Shown here: piece by piece, positions 38,033 through 46,842 of the stretch
Layout: each line of letters begins with the position of its first letter
Position numbering within the stretch: position 1 is the stretch's first letter
Virus record (IMG/VR): IMGVR_UViG_3300043432_000146
Location: 1 to 54,613 of that record
DNA length: 54,613 nt
From: a virus
Lineage: Duplodnaviria; Caudoviricetes
Strand: one strand, 5' to 3'
Program-made: the position numbers and the translations under genes
The notes under the pieces: model-generated
What the model was told of the DNA's origin: nothing
Databases searched by the model: none
What the model saw: only the letters and a program-made list of their open reading frames with translations

Positions 38033-38045
38033 CCCCCCCCCCCCC
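38033..38045. repeat. C13 homopolymer
   Basis: 13 consecutive C, intergenic. Confidence 0.8.
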
Positions 38046-38060
38046 ATGAGTACTAGGCAG

Positions 38061-38136
38061 TAGGGTGACAAAAATTGTCACTGACATATTCGTTTCCCTA
38101 TATAGAGGGGGTATTTGTCAGTAAAACATAAATTAA
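38061..38136 (-). repeat. ~75-bp dispersed hairpin element, copy 2 (inverted)
   Basis: Reverse complement: ttaatttatgttttACTGACAaataccccctCTATATAGggaaacgaataTGTCAGTgacaatttttgtcacccta. Confidence 0.85.
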
Positions 38137-38173
38137 CCGGTATTTTAGACCATCTTTTATCTATAAGATAACT

Positions 38174-38377
38174 ATGGCTACTCCCATTTTTGGCCTAAAG
38201 AAAGCAGCTCCTGAAAAGCAGACTAAAGTTAGTCAGGAAGCAGCTCGCTATGATCCACCAGAAAAAGGCCCTTTTAAATGCTCCACTTGTGAATACTTTA
38301 TGGCTCCAGATGCCTGTAAAATAATCGAAGGTGAGGTAGCAGCTGAAGGTTGTTGTGCCTTGTGGGAGAAAAAATAA
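38174..38377 (+). CDS. HiPIP-like [4Fe-4S] protein
   Basis: Y.....G..CSTC.YF.APDACKIIEGEVAAEGCCALW matches the Cys spacing of small high-potential iron-sulfur proteins. Confidence 0.7.
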   Translation: MATPIFGLKKAAPEKQTKVSQEAARYDPPEKGPFKCSTCEYFMAPDACKIIEGEVAAEGCCALWEKK

Positions 38378-38378
38378 G

Positions 38379-38984
38379 ATGCTAATTCTAGTTAGACATG
38401 GCATTACTGCCTATAATGATAATAGTGGTACAGGTCAGCACAATGCTGAAAAATTCAGGGGCTGGCTACCTATTCCTCAAACCCTAGAGGGTATGAAGGC
38501 CAGCAGAGAAACTGCAGAAGCTCTCGGTTTGGTCGAGGATGTTACTGCCCTCTATGCTTCTGATGTAGTACGAGCTGTCCAGTCTGCTGAAGAAATCGCC
38601 CAAGTGCTAAGCCTAGAAATCCAGCCTAAAGAAGAACTTAGAGACTGGAATCTAGGTATTTATGTAGGTCAGAAGGTCAACGATGTCCTTGATGAAGTAC
38701 TCGCCCACATTGACAATCCCAATAAAGTAGTCAAAGGTGGAGAATCCTATCAGACCTTCCTAGATCGGGCAGTACCATTCATTAAGGAGCTTGTAGAAAG
38801 CAGTGATCTCTGTATCGCTGTAAGTCATGCCAGAATCTGTGGCTTGGTCAAAGCTTTATCTATCAATAAAGGCAAACATCCCGACACAGCTACTTTAAAG
38901 AAAAAATCTCCTATAGGCCCATCTGGTGTAATGATGGTTGACAAAAACTGGGCTATCCGCTTCCTGACCAACCTTGACAAATAG
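38379..38984 (+). CDS. histidine phosphatase (phosphoglycerate mutase family)
   Basis: LVRHG, RAVQSA, GGES, VSHA motifs; start reassigned to 38379. Confidence 0.9.
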   Translation: MLILVRHGITAYNDNSGTGQHNAEKFRGWLPIPQTLEGMKASRETAEALGLVEDVTALYASDVVRAVQSAEEIAQVLSLEIQPKEELRDWNLGIYVGQKVNDVLDEVLAHIDNPNKVVKGGESYQTFLDRAVPFIKELVESSDLCIAVSHARICGLVKALSINKGKHPDTATLKKKSPIGPSGVMMVDKNWAIRFLTNLDK

Positions 38985-39003
38985 GAGCTAGATGTGGTAT
39001 CCT
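38974..39003 (+). promoter_or_regulatory. sigma70 promoter
   Basis: TTGACA-18bp-TATCCT with extended -10 TG. Confidence 0.6.
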
Positions 39004-39046
39004 ATCTACTCTCCACCATATAAACTTAATAACCAAAAGGAGCTTC

Positions 39047-39814
39047 ATGGAGAAATTTGCAGCCCTGTTTGACACCCACTTTGGTTATGAACGGCGGAAT
39101 GGCCATAAAGTTCCCCTACATGATGAAAAAGCTATTCAAGTTGCCCTGAAATTTATGGCCGATTTTAAGCCCGATCACACAATTCTAGGGGGAGATATTC
39201 TAGATTGTGGGATGATTTCTCATCATAATCACGGTAAACCTGGAGCAGTAGAGGGATTTCGTCTACTTGGCGATGCTAAAGAATGCAGAAAGGTTATCAT
39301 TGAGCCTGTCGAAGCAGCCACAAAAAAGTCCCTTACCTATATTGTTGGAAACCATGAAGATTGGCTTACAGATTTAGTTGAGCAGATTCCAGCTTTGGAG
39401 GGAATCATTGATGTTAGAGCTGTACTGAATCTCTCGCAGAGATGGAAGATCATTCCACAGGGTGAATCACATAGGTTAGGCAAGCTTGTTTTTATTCATG
39501 GTGATCAAATTAAAGGCGGTGAGCATTGTGCAAAATGGGCCACAGCTGCTTTTGAAGCCAATGTGCGATTTGGCCATCACCATACCTATCAGACTTTTAC
39601 CAAGACATCAGCACTTGAATCCAACGGTCATACAGGAATCGCTGTTCCTTGCCTCTGCAAAAAAAATCCAAAGTATGGTGGGGGCTCCCCGAACCGCTGG
39701 ATGCAGGGCTTCCTTTGGGGCTACGTTGGTGGGCCAGAAAATCGGTTCAATGACTATGTATCGATAATCATCAACGGCACTGCCATCATTAACGGCAAGA
39801 TCTATTCAGTGTAA
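39047..39814 (+). CDS. calcineurin-like metallophosphoesterase
   Basis: DTH, GDILD, GNHE, HGD, GHHH motifs. Confidence 0.92.
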   Translation: MEKFAALFDTHFGYERRNGHKVPLHDEKAIQVALKFMADFKPDHTILGGDILDCGMISHHNHGKPGAVEGFRLLGDAKECRKVIIEPVEAATKKSLTYIVGNHEDWLTDLVEQIPALEGIIDVRAVLNLSQRWKIIPQGESHRLGKLVFIHGDQIKGGEHCAKWATAAFEANVRFGHHHTYQTFTKTSALESNGHTGIAVPCLCKKNPKYGGGSPNRWMQGFLWGYVGGPENRFNDYVSIIINGTAIINGKIYSV

Positions 39815-39835
39815 GAATCTTTACTGGGTGATATT

Positions 39836-40141
39836 ATGGCTGTCAAACCCATTCTAGCTTGTATAGTATGGGACGACGCTCACGGCGCTTCAGAAATGTT
39901 TGATAGTAAGGATGTAGATCATAAACCATACCGCTTTACAAGTGTTGGTTTCTTAGTAAGATCAGACGAAATTGGAGTATCCTTAGCAGGTGAAATCGGT
40001 GAAGACGGGCGCTACAGGGATCATACTTTCATTCCTAGGGTTATGGTTGTGGACGAGTGGATTATTGGCCCACTCACCAAACCCAGACGTAAGAAATCTA
40101 AGATCAACCCCACAGCAGATCCTAAACCACAAGCCAATTGA
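39836..40141 (+). CDS. phage hypothetical protein
   Basis: VWDDAH...SVGFL...IPR motif. Confidence 0.75.
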   Translation: MAVKPILACIVWDDAHGASEMFDSKDVDHKPYRFTSVGFLVRSDEIGVSLAGEIGEDGRYRDHTFIPRVMVVDEWIIGPLTKPRRKKSKINPTADPKPQAN

Positions 40142-40472
40142 GCTTAGTGTCTATCCTACTTTTGGCTCAGAACATTACCGCATTGTCAAGTTACGCCTAG
40201 AGCCAGATCCTAAAATTGCTGTTTACTGTGTCCAATGGGTTTGGATAGGTTATGGTGATTTCACCCCAGACACTGATAATCCCAGAGTATGGCAAGGCAT
40301 TAGTTCGGCCATAGCTTCTATGACCTGCAGAGATTATAGTATCAACGATCTCCCAACCAGCCAACTCATTTGGACTAATTTAATGTCAGGAGACTATCAA
40401 GCTTTGGTCCAGATCTACTTCAGAGATGGTTCTTATTCCTATTCCTCACCAATTCCCTTTCAAGTTCAGTAG
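39990..40472 (+). CDS. hypothetical protein (start uncertain)
   Basis: Fills 40141-40472; overlaps the previous ORF if the full start is used. Confidence 0.5.
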   Translation: MKSVKTGATGIILSFLGLWLWTSGLLAHSPNPDVRNLRSTPQQILNHKPIELSVYPTFGSEHYRIVKLRLEPDPKIAVYCVQWVWIGYGDFTPDTDNPRVWQGISSAIASMTCRDYSINDLPTSQLIWTNLMSGDYQALVQIYFRDGSYSYSSPIPFQVQ

Positions 40473-40532
40473 ACCCACTAAACTTTAGGCACTTCCCAAG
40501 TGCCGATGGATGCTCATCCAGGGATCCCACCA

Positions 40533-41207
40533 ATGAAACGCTTTATATCTGCTGTTATTCTAGCTACAATTCTTCTTATTCCATCATCAGCTACTACAGC
40601 TAATAGCTATAATTATCCCATAGCTTCTGTTAGGGCTCTGTGGGCTGTGGAAATAAATGAAAACACAGGAGAGCAGGGTTATCAGCAGATCTGTACAGTA
40701 AACTCAATTAATGAGGATATTGGCCTGTGGCTTACTGCTGCTCATTGTACTGAGCTTGGTACTGTCTATGTAGAGCAGCCTAAAGATGGTACAGAAGCTA
40801 TCTTTCATGAAGCTAAAGTAACTTACAAAGATACACCTAATGATATTGCCGTCCTTCTCACACCCACTCTAAGGGTAGTATCTTTTAAGATAGCTGGTAA
40901 ATCTCCTAATACGGGTGATCATATCAGGGTCTATGGTTATCCTCTAGGCTTACAAACTATCCAGCTATTCCAAGGCAATATTGCTTCCTTAAAGACACAC
41001 ATCCTATTTGGTGCAGATGATTATGGCTACCGTATGATGTTTGATATGACCGTTTGTGGTGGGAATAGTGGTAGTGCAGTCCTAAGTGATACTGGTGAGG
41101 TAATCAGTGTACTTCAATTAGGCTTCGGAAGGCCGTGTGCATCCTACTCTGGTGGTGTAATGTATGATGCAATGGTAGAATCAGTAGGTAAGTTCTTCAA
41201 AAAGTAA
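40533..41207 (+). CDS. secreted trypsin-like serine protease
   Basis: Signal peptide MKRFISAVILA; catalytic triad TAAHC, NDIAVL, GGNSGS. Confidence 0.9.
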   Translation: MKRFISAVILATILLIPSSATTANSYNYPIASVRALWAVEINENTGEQGYQQICTVNSINEDIGLWLTAAHCTELGTVYVEQPKDGTEAIFHEAKVTYKDTPNDIAVLLTPTLRVVSFKIAGKSPNTGDHIRVYGYPLGLQTIQLFQGNIASLKTHILFGADDYGYRMMFDMTVCGGNSGSAVLSDTGEVISVLQLGFGRPCASYSGGVMYDAMVESVGKFFKK

Positions 41208-41235
41208 GTAATATACTAATAATCCCAGATACACC

Positions 41236-41317
41236 AAACCCCTATCAGGAATCAAAAGTATTCCTGGGTGTGATTTCTCATACCCCAAGATGATTTTAAT
41301 CTAGGTAGGGGTTTTTT
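41236..41317. terminator. four-way-junction structure / terminator between convergent operons
   Basis: Outer stem aaacccctat/gtaggggttt enclosing three hairpins, followed by a T tract. Confidence 0.6.
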
Positions 41318-41322
41318 ATTGC

Positions 41323-41523
41323 TTATTGACAAGGACCAGGAAGTGCCGTAATAGCTACAGTCCTACCAACCTCTCCAATCACATATACGCAATTCGGCCC
41401 AGCTTGATAGACATTAAATGGTTTCTCTGTAGCTTGCAGAACTGGCTTACCTGCGCTCCATATACATATCCCCAAACCAACTGCCGCTAGAATACACCAT
41501 ATAGAAATTGCCCATTTATCCAT
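41323..41523 (-). CDS. small membrane protein
   Basis: N-terminal TM segment. Confidence 0.65.
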   Translation of the reverse strand: MDKWAISIWCILAAVGLGICIWSAGKPVLQATEKPFNVYQAGPNCVYVIGEVGRTVAITALPGPCQ

Positions 41524-41977
41524 TACCCTGCTCCTTCAATATCTCAAACAAATAACCATCAATATTAAATCTCAGCGCACACAGAGCCTCTTCAAGAGGC
41601 TCTTTTGCTTTATGGCCATAGCCTCTATGGTGAAGCCACAGGTCCAGCATATGCCTCCAGATTGACTTCATATAGGCATCTTTTGGAATGCCTTTTTGCC
41701 AGTTGTCTGAGGCTCTGAGACCACCATCAGTCTGAATTCTATGCTTAGTCATGTACTCGCAGAATCTAAGCTCAACCAGTGGTGAATTGAATCCTTCAGG
41801 ATCATGCTTGGTTTCATCAGAATCTCTAGTAGCACCAGTCTCAAATTTACGCATATCCGCCGCCTCCGTACTATTCATTATCCCTAAATATGCAGGATAT
41901 TCTGCCTTTACCCATGTTTTCCAGAATGCCACATTCCCATCTTTATCAGGCTCATCCAGAATTTCATACCACCCCAT
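41516..41977 (-). CDS. dATP/dGTP diphosphohydrolase-like protein (DUF5664-type)
   Basis: RKFETGATRD, DNWQKGIP, SIWRH, ALRFN motifs. Confidence 0.75.
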   Translation of the reverse strand: MGWYEILDEPDKDGNVAFWKTWVKAEYPAYLGIMNSTEAADMRKFETGATRDSDETKHDPEGFNSPLVELRFCEYMTKHRIQTDGGLRASDNWQKGIPKDAYMKSIWRHMLDLWLHHRGYGHKAKEPLEEALCALRFNIDGYLFEILKEQGNG

Positions 41978-42558
41978 TACTGATTCCCCAGCCCACCATC
42001 GTTCTGCCCGGCTTCTGCTTTATCTACAGCATCTTTGATTAGCTTAATAGCAGCATCAACACTATCAACCCTGGCAATTCCAGGTAGATAATAGAAAATA
42101 TTCCGCTCCCTAGATCCAACAACAATAGTTGGAATGCCGAGCATATAAGCCAATCCTAACTCTGTAGCCTTACCTTCCGATTTAGCAAGATTTAGGATCA
42201 CAAAGATATTAGATATACTAATGTCATCAATGTCATTCATAGCCTGTCGCATGAGTTCTTGCTCATCATCAGGCCCATGTGTCCCATCCAAATATCTTTG
42301 ACTTAATCCAGGCTCACAATACCTAGTAATCCAGTTAGCGGTAACTTCCAGCCCTGCTGCTTCAAAAGCCTCTTTAGCTACTAGGGCCTCAGGTTTATTT
42401 ATCCACGGTGCAGCAATATAGCATTTAGTGGCCATTCGTTTGGTCCCCTCTGTCATGTGATCTAGTCTGCGTTGCTGACTTTTACTCATCTGCTTTGCAG
42501 CCCGCTTTTTATTATTAGCTCTTCCCATAGACATCACCATTCTTCTTAAGAGCTTCAT
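41977..42558 (-). CDS. nucleoside 2-deoxyribosyltransferase-like protein
   Basis: YIAAPW, DIDDI, GKATELGLA motifs; true start probably 42528 or 42435. Confidence 0.75.
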   Translation of the reverse strand: MKLLRRMVMSMGRANNKKRAAKQMSKSQQRRLDHMTEGTKRMATKCYIAAPWINKPEALVAKEAFEAAGLEVTANWITRYCEPGLSQRYLDGTHGPDDEQELMRQAMNDIDDISISNIFVILNLAKSEGKATELGLAYMLGIPTIVVGSRERNIFYYLPGIARVDSVDAAIKLIKDAVDKAEAGQNDGGLGNQ

Positions 42559-42775
42559 CCTCGTATGGATTAACTATCCTCCTGACAAACTCTAGTTTAG
42601 CACCTTCTAGTGCCCCCAGAATATCATTGATAATCTGATAGGTTAGCTTACCCTTATCACCTATACAAAATAGCATATACTTTTTAAGACAGTTAGTTAT
42701 TGCAAAGTTCAGCTCTCCAGAGGTAATGGGCAATTTTCTAGCTATAGCTCGTTTGCCAGGATCAATATACGGCAT
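42515..42775 (-). CDS. conserved phage protein (DUF6899-like)
   Basis: MPYI, GELNFAIT, GALEGAKLEFVRR..PYED. Confidence 0.75.
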   Translation of the reverse strand: MPYIDPGKRAIARKLPITSGELNFAITNCLKKYMLFCIGDKGKLTYQIINDILGALEGAKLEFVRRIVNPYEDEALKKNGDVYGKS

Positions 42776-42776
42776 C

Positions 42777-42935
42777 CTATCCTCTCATCTTTAACAGGCC
42801 AGCAGTTAGAATAATAGCTCCAAACCAATACAGCATCCGACCAACCGAATCATTGCCCCTTAGCTCCTGGCATACATAATAGATAAATATCCCAGAATTC
42901 ATCACCAATGGTGCCCACTCAATTCTCCACTTCAT
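42777..42935 (-). CDS. small two-TM protein
   Basis: Manual: MKWRIEWAPLVMNSGIFIYY...MLYWFGAIILTAGLLKMRG; ATGA overlap with the polymerase stop. Confidence 0.6.
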   Translation of the reverse strand: MKWRIEWAPLVMNSGIFIYYVCQELRGNDSVGRMLYWFGAIILTAGLLKMRG

Positions 42936-45754
42936 TTCATTTCACCCCATCTATAGCCTTTCTTATCCTCTGTAAGAATATTCAGGCATTCACCCATCTT
43001 ATAACTTGCTGGTAGCCTAAGCTCAGGAATGGATTTTTCCATCTCTTCCCGGACAATCGGGCTAACTCTATCTACTTCAGCCTCAGGAACCTCACAAAAA
43101 ATTTCATCATGTATCTGTAACCGCATATACTGCCCAGCTTCTTCAAATCTATTGAAGTAAAGCCTAAGGATTGCCTCCTTAATAATCCCTGCTGCTGTGC
43201 TCTGTGGTAGAAAGGCAATCAGCCTGTTAGCATCCTGCCCAGGCTCCTTCTTCCACTTCCCGCCTTCTTTCTTATAATCAAACGGCCTAAAGAACCTATG
43301 CACATAGCCAAATGGATTCCTAAGATAGCCGTCCTTTTCTACCTGATACATCAAGGTCCAGTGCCAGCGCCTAATCTCTGGGAATAGATCGAAGTAGATC
43401 CCCATAATTTTGGCCACTTTAGCTACTGGATATTCTATACCAGTCTCTTCAAAGATCTTCTCTGCTGCACCCTTTGGGCTTTGGAAAAAATTTCCAGCGT
43501 GGATTAAATGCTTATACAAATTATTCCGCTCAGCCTTAAACTCTGCCTTAATAGCAGCTAAATGACTAGTTAGTTTGGCATCATCCCAACTTACCAATGG
43601 AAGATCATTAGCACTAACTCTACCATCTAGCTCATGTAGAGCATAAGCAGTATAGTACGAATGGACATCTATCTTTGCTAATCTGATATAGTTAGGGGCT
43701 AAAGCAAAATAACCAGTAAGCACTGCCTCTATTCCAGAATAATCACAGGCCAGGAAGATCTGCCCCGGCCCAGCAATAATCAAATTCCTAATAATAGTAG
43801 CTAGATCATCTTTACCTTTTGGTCTTGGTAGGTTTTGGAGGTTAGGGTGCTGACTAGCTAATCTCAGCGTAGAGGGGTTGTGCGAAAATTGGGTATGGAT
43901 CCTACCATCAGCAGCAATATCCATCCCACCTTTGATCTTTCCACCTAGCTGCGTAATACCTATATAGGTTCCGAGCAGTTTCTGAACTTCTCTGTGCTTC
44001 AGGATCAATGGATATAAGGAATCATTCGGGTACTGCTTAACCAATCTCACTATAGCCTTAGCATCAAATGTCGTCTTCTGCTCTTTCCAATCGACAATAG
44101 ACCTATGTTGAACCGCCCCCTGATACATAGATAAACCAAGCTTACTGGCTTTAAAGTCCAACTGCTTAGCCCATACTTTAACCATCTCTTCAACCGTAAT
44201 TACAGCAGCCTCAGCACATACTTTATCTAACCCTGCAGCTATCTGCTTCTTGCTGGCTGGCTTAAAATGACTTTTATGGGGATTTGATATTCTACAAAGG
44301 CTACACCGCTTAACTGGCATAGATCGTTCAACCTGGGCCATATTAAGAGCTTTTGCAGCCTCTTCTAGTTCGATCCCATCTAGCCCTTTAAGTTCCTTAG
44401 GCAGCTTCTTGTAGATCTTCAGTCGTCGGGCAGCATCGGGAACTACTGCAGCCATATCATACGTAATTTTATTGAGTATATTGCTAAGCTTACTCTCAGC
44501 TGCATTACGCATTTCTTCATCCCTTAGCACACCCATCTCACTCATATAACTAAGGGCTCTATTTAGCTTTACTACATGATTTTCATAGACCTTCCAGAGA
44601 TCATTAGCTTTGAGATCCCTCCTAATACCTAATACATTCCTCAGTGCCATGTCAGCATCCTTGGCATTGTAATAGGCGGGCCGCTCATCGCTCAAATGCT
44701 TCCACATACTGGTATTATGGACATACCACGGTGTCACAAACCCCAAACCCTTATCTAGTGCAGAGTTAAGAACGTGCCACATGATCATCCCATCCAGTAA
44801 ATCTCCATTTATGGGCATCTGGGCTCTGATTCGAGGATCATCATATTGGTAATTGTTCCATCCACACTTTTCATGTGGTGAAGCAAACAAACTCTCAATC
44901 ATTGGGATGTATGGAGCTGTCCAGGGAACACTAACCGCAATTCCAGGTGCATACGAGAATGAGCACCTTAGAATCGTATAATCTCCATCATCCTCTTTAG
45001 CAGCTTCTTCCTCATCTTGCCCCTGCTTATGTGGTGTCTCAATATCATAAGACAGGATTGCTTCAGTATTTTCATGCAGATAGTGTAGGCAAGCCTTGAC
45101 CCACTCCAGAAATCTTTCTGGTGCTGGATCTTCTAAATACTTTGAGTCATCCAACTTAAGCCCCTGCTCAGCAATCTCCAAAGCCCGCTTGAAAATGAAT
45201 TGTAGAATTGGAACCCGGCTATGTTGTCCTCTCATTAGAAAGCTAGGATGTTCAGCTGCCATCACCCAGCAGTTATATCTATCACTCCATAGCGGATAGC
45301 CCAGATAGTCATAGCGAAAGATCTGGTTCTTACTCTCAATCCCCATGATTCGCTTAAATGCTATTTTTCCCAGCGCCAAGATAATCAGATGCTTCCCAAA
45401 CTGTCTAGCTCTATTTTGCATATCTGCAATGGTAGCATCTAGTAGGGGAGCACAATATGTGACAACATCCTGCTCATAACTTGCCCCAGCCAATACGTTC
45501 TTTGGAGGTCTACACGATAGACAATTATGGATCCTAAATCCTTCCCGATCTATTCCTGCCCGAGCCAACTGCGACCATAGATAGTGTCCAGCCTTACCAA
45601 TAAGTGGTAAGCCGTCCTGAGCCTCATGCTCCCCGGCAGCTTCAGCTACAACCAGCACTCCATTAGTACCAGATCCCGAAGCAGGCACATATCCTGATGA
45701 TCCCCATGACCATCCAAAACATCCATGACAATGTGGAGGCTTAGCTAAGCTCAT
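42932..45754 (-). CDS. polA: family A DNA polymerase with N-terminal uracil-DNA glycosylase-like (family 4, Fe-S) domain and 3'-5' exonuclease
   Basis: UDG: CHGC, VAEAAGEHE, CRPP, HPSF. Exo: YDIET, YDD, YNAKD. Pol motifs A (DYSGIE), B (R..LYKHLIHAGNF) and C (QIHDE). Confidence 0.93.
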   Translation of the reverse strand: MSLAKPPHCHGCFGWSWGSSGYVPASGSGTNGVLVVAEAAGEHEAQDGLPLIGKAGHYLWSQLARAGIDREGFRIHNCLSCRPPKNVLAGASYEQDVVTYCAPLLDATIADMQNRARQFGKHLIILALGKIAFKRIMGIESKNQIFRYDYLGYPLWSDRYNCWVMAAEHPSFLMRGQHSRVPILQFIFKRALEIAEQGLKLDDSKYLEDPAPERFLEWVKACLHYLHENTEAILSYDIETPHKQGQDEEEAAKEDDGDYTILRCSFSYAPGIAVSVPWTAPYIPMIESLFASPHEKCGWNNYQYDDPRIRAQMPINGDLLDGMIMWHVLNSALDKGLGFVTPWYVHNTSMWKHLSDERPAYYNAKDADMALRNVLGIRRDLKANDLWKVYENHVVKLNRALSYMSEMGVLRDEEMRNAAESKLSNILNKITYDMAAVVPDAARRLKIYKKLPKELKGLDGIELEEAAKALNMAQVERSMPVKRCSLCRISNPHKSHFKPASKKQIAAGLDKVCAEAAVITVEEMVKVWAKQLDFKASKLGLSMYQGAVQHRSIVDWKEQKTTFDAKAIVRLVKQYPNDSLYPLILKHREVQKLLGTYIGITQLGGKIKGGMDIAADGRIHTQFSHNPSTLRLASQHPNLQNLPRPKGKDDLATIIRNLIIAGPGQIFLACDYSGIEAVLTGYFALAPNYIRLAKIDVHSYYTAYALHELDGRVSANDLPLVSWDDAKLTSHLAAIKAEFKAERNNLYKHLIHAGNFFQSPKGAAEKIFEETGIEYPVAKVAKIMGIYFDLFPEIRRWHWTLMYQVEKDGYLRNPFGYVHRFFRPFDYKKEGGKWKKEPGQDANRLIAFLPQSTAAGIIKEAILRLYFNRFEEAGQYMRLQIHDEIFCEVPEAEVDRVSPIVREEMEKSIPELRLPASYKMGECLNILTEDKKGYRWGEMK

Positions 45755-45755
45755 T

Positions 45756-45935
45756 CTATAGGCACTCAGCAATTAGTTTAATCAATTCGCTTGCAGTGCT
45801 GAACTCTAAAAATGATGTAACAGCAGTCTGCAGATCATTCATAACTCTCTCTCGATATTCCATGATTGACTCATCATCTGTTTCTCTATACAGATCATCA
45901 GGCTCTTCTATGAGCCTTGAATTATCATACCCCAT
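45756..45935 (-). CDS. small acidic protein
   Basis: MGYDNSRL start after GGAGG. Confidence 0.6.
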   Translation of the reverse strand: MGYDNSRLIEEPDDLYRETDDESIMEYRERVMNDLQTAVTSFLEFSTASELIKLIAECL

Positions 45936-46420
45936 CAATGCCTCCAGTCCCATACTTCATAACCACCCGTAATATACGATGTATAAAGCAATAATGCACA
46001 ATCCTTGGGATAAGGCGCTGTTTCACCTGTAAATGTAAGCCTACCATTTAAAAATAGTACATGAGCTTTCCCATCTACCCAGTTCCTCCACCAATTAGCC
46101 CCAACTCCTGCTGGAACTAACATAGCGATTTTAGCTGGGCAGACAACCTCGGCCCGTGATTCCTCCCAAGCCTTCTTTACCCAAGGATTGATCTGTGCAA
46201 ACGGTGGATTAAGCCAGCACCACCCATTCATACCCCGCCAGCATTGTTTGAGACTATCTTTTTCTTCATCCCACCAGTAAGCTGCTTGAGCATTTGTAGC
46301 ATCAGCAGCTAGATCTATAGCAAACCTATCAACAGCAAGCCGCTTTAGCACTGCTTTAATAAGCACAGCTGGCGTCTGATAATCCTGCTTACTACGTCCG
46401 GGCTTCTGTATGGGGGCCAT
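45935..46420 (-). CDS. phage N6-adenine DNA methyltransferase
   Basis: YQTP, IDLAA, WLNPPF, GRLTF motifs. Confidence 0.88.
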   Translation of the reverse strand: MAPIQKPGRSKQDYQTPAVLIKAVLKRLAVDRFAIDLAADATNAQAAYWWDEEKDSLKQCWRGMNGWCWLNPPFAQINPWVKKAWEESRAEVVCPAKIAMLVPAGVGANWWRNWVDGKAHVLFLNGRLTFTGETAPYPKDCALLLYTSYITGGYEVWDWRH

Positions 46421-46438
46421 TGGTATACTAATAACCTT

Positions 46439-46681
46439 TCAATTCATCTTACTCTTATCAGTCGGCGAATCAAGTAGCATACACACAAACCTGCTAACTT
46501 CCTTTACACCATTACCTAGTTCCTCTGCTGACAAATCGGGCTTCTGAATAGCCAGTACCATCGTCAGCAAAGCCATTACCACATGGCTCTCTCTAATCCC
46601 ATCAATAGCCGGTTCGATTTTTTCAATCACATCAAAAATCTCTTGTGAACTTGCTGTAGCCTCAGTAATAATAGCTGACAT
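46439..46681 (-). CDS. hypothetical protein
   Basis: 80 aa, GGAG RBS. Confidence 0.7.
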   Translation of the reverse strand: MSAIITEATASSQEIFDVIEKIEPAIDGIRESHVVMALLTMVLAIQKPDLSAEELGNGVKEVSRFVCMLLDSPTDKSKMN

Positions 46682-46708
46682 GATAGCTCCAAGGAAGGAT
46701 GATCATTT

Positions 46709-46836
46709 AAGACTAGCCAGAGGAGGCTAAAAATGCACCCAGGGAGGGTGATCAGCCCTCCCCAGTTCCCCTGTCATAAAATCTCTGCTGCCCAGGAGCA
46801 AAGCTTAGCAGAGAATCTAGGCCCTAGATGTGTCTT
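46709..46836 (-). ncRNA. candidate multi-hairpin structured RNA
   Basis: aagac/gtctt closing stem enclosing four hairpins in an intergenic gap. Confidence 0.4.
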
Positions 46837-46842
46837 GTAGTC

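Noticed and set aside
41236-41317. tRNA gene
   Set aside because: Cloverleaf-like but no TTC T-loop, no D-loop GG and wrong arm lengths.
41516-41977. 2-aminoadenine (Z) genome pathway
   Set aside because: No PurZ/adenylosuccinate synthetase-like gene or HD-domain dATPase seen.
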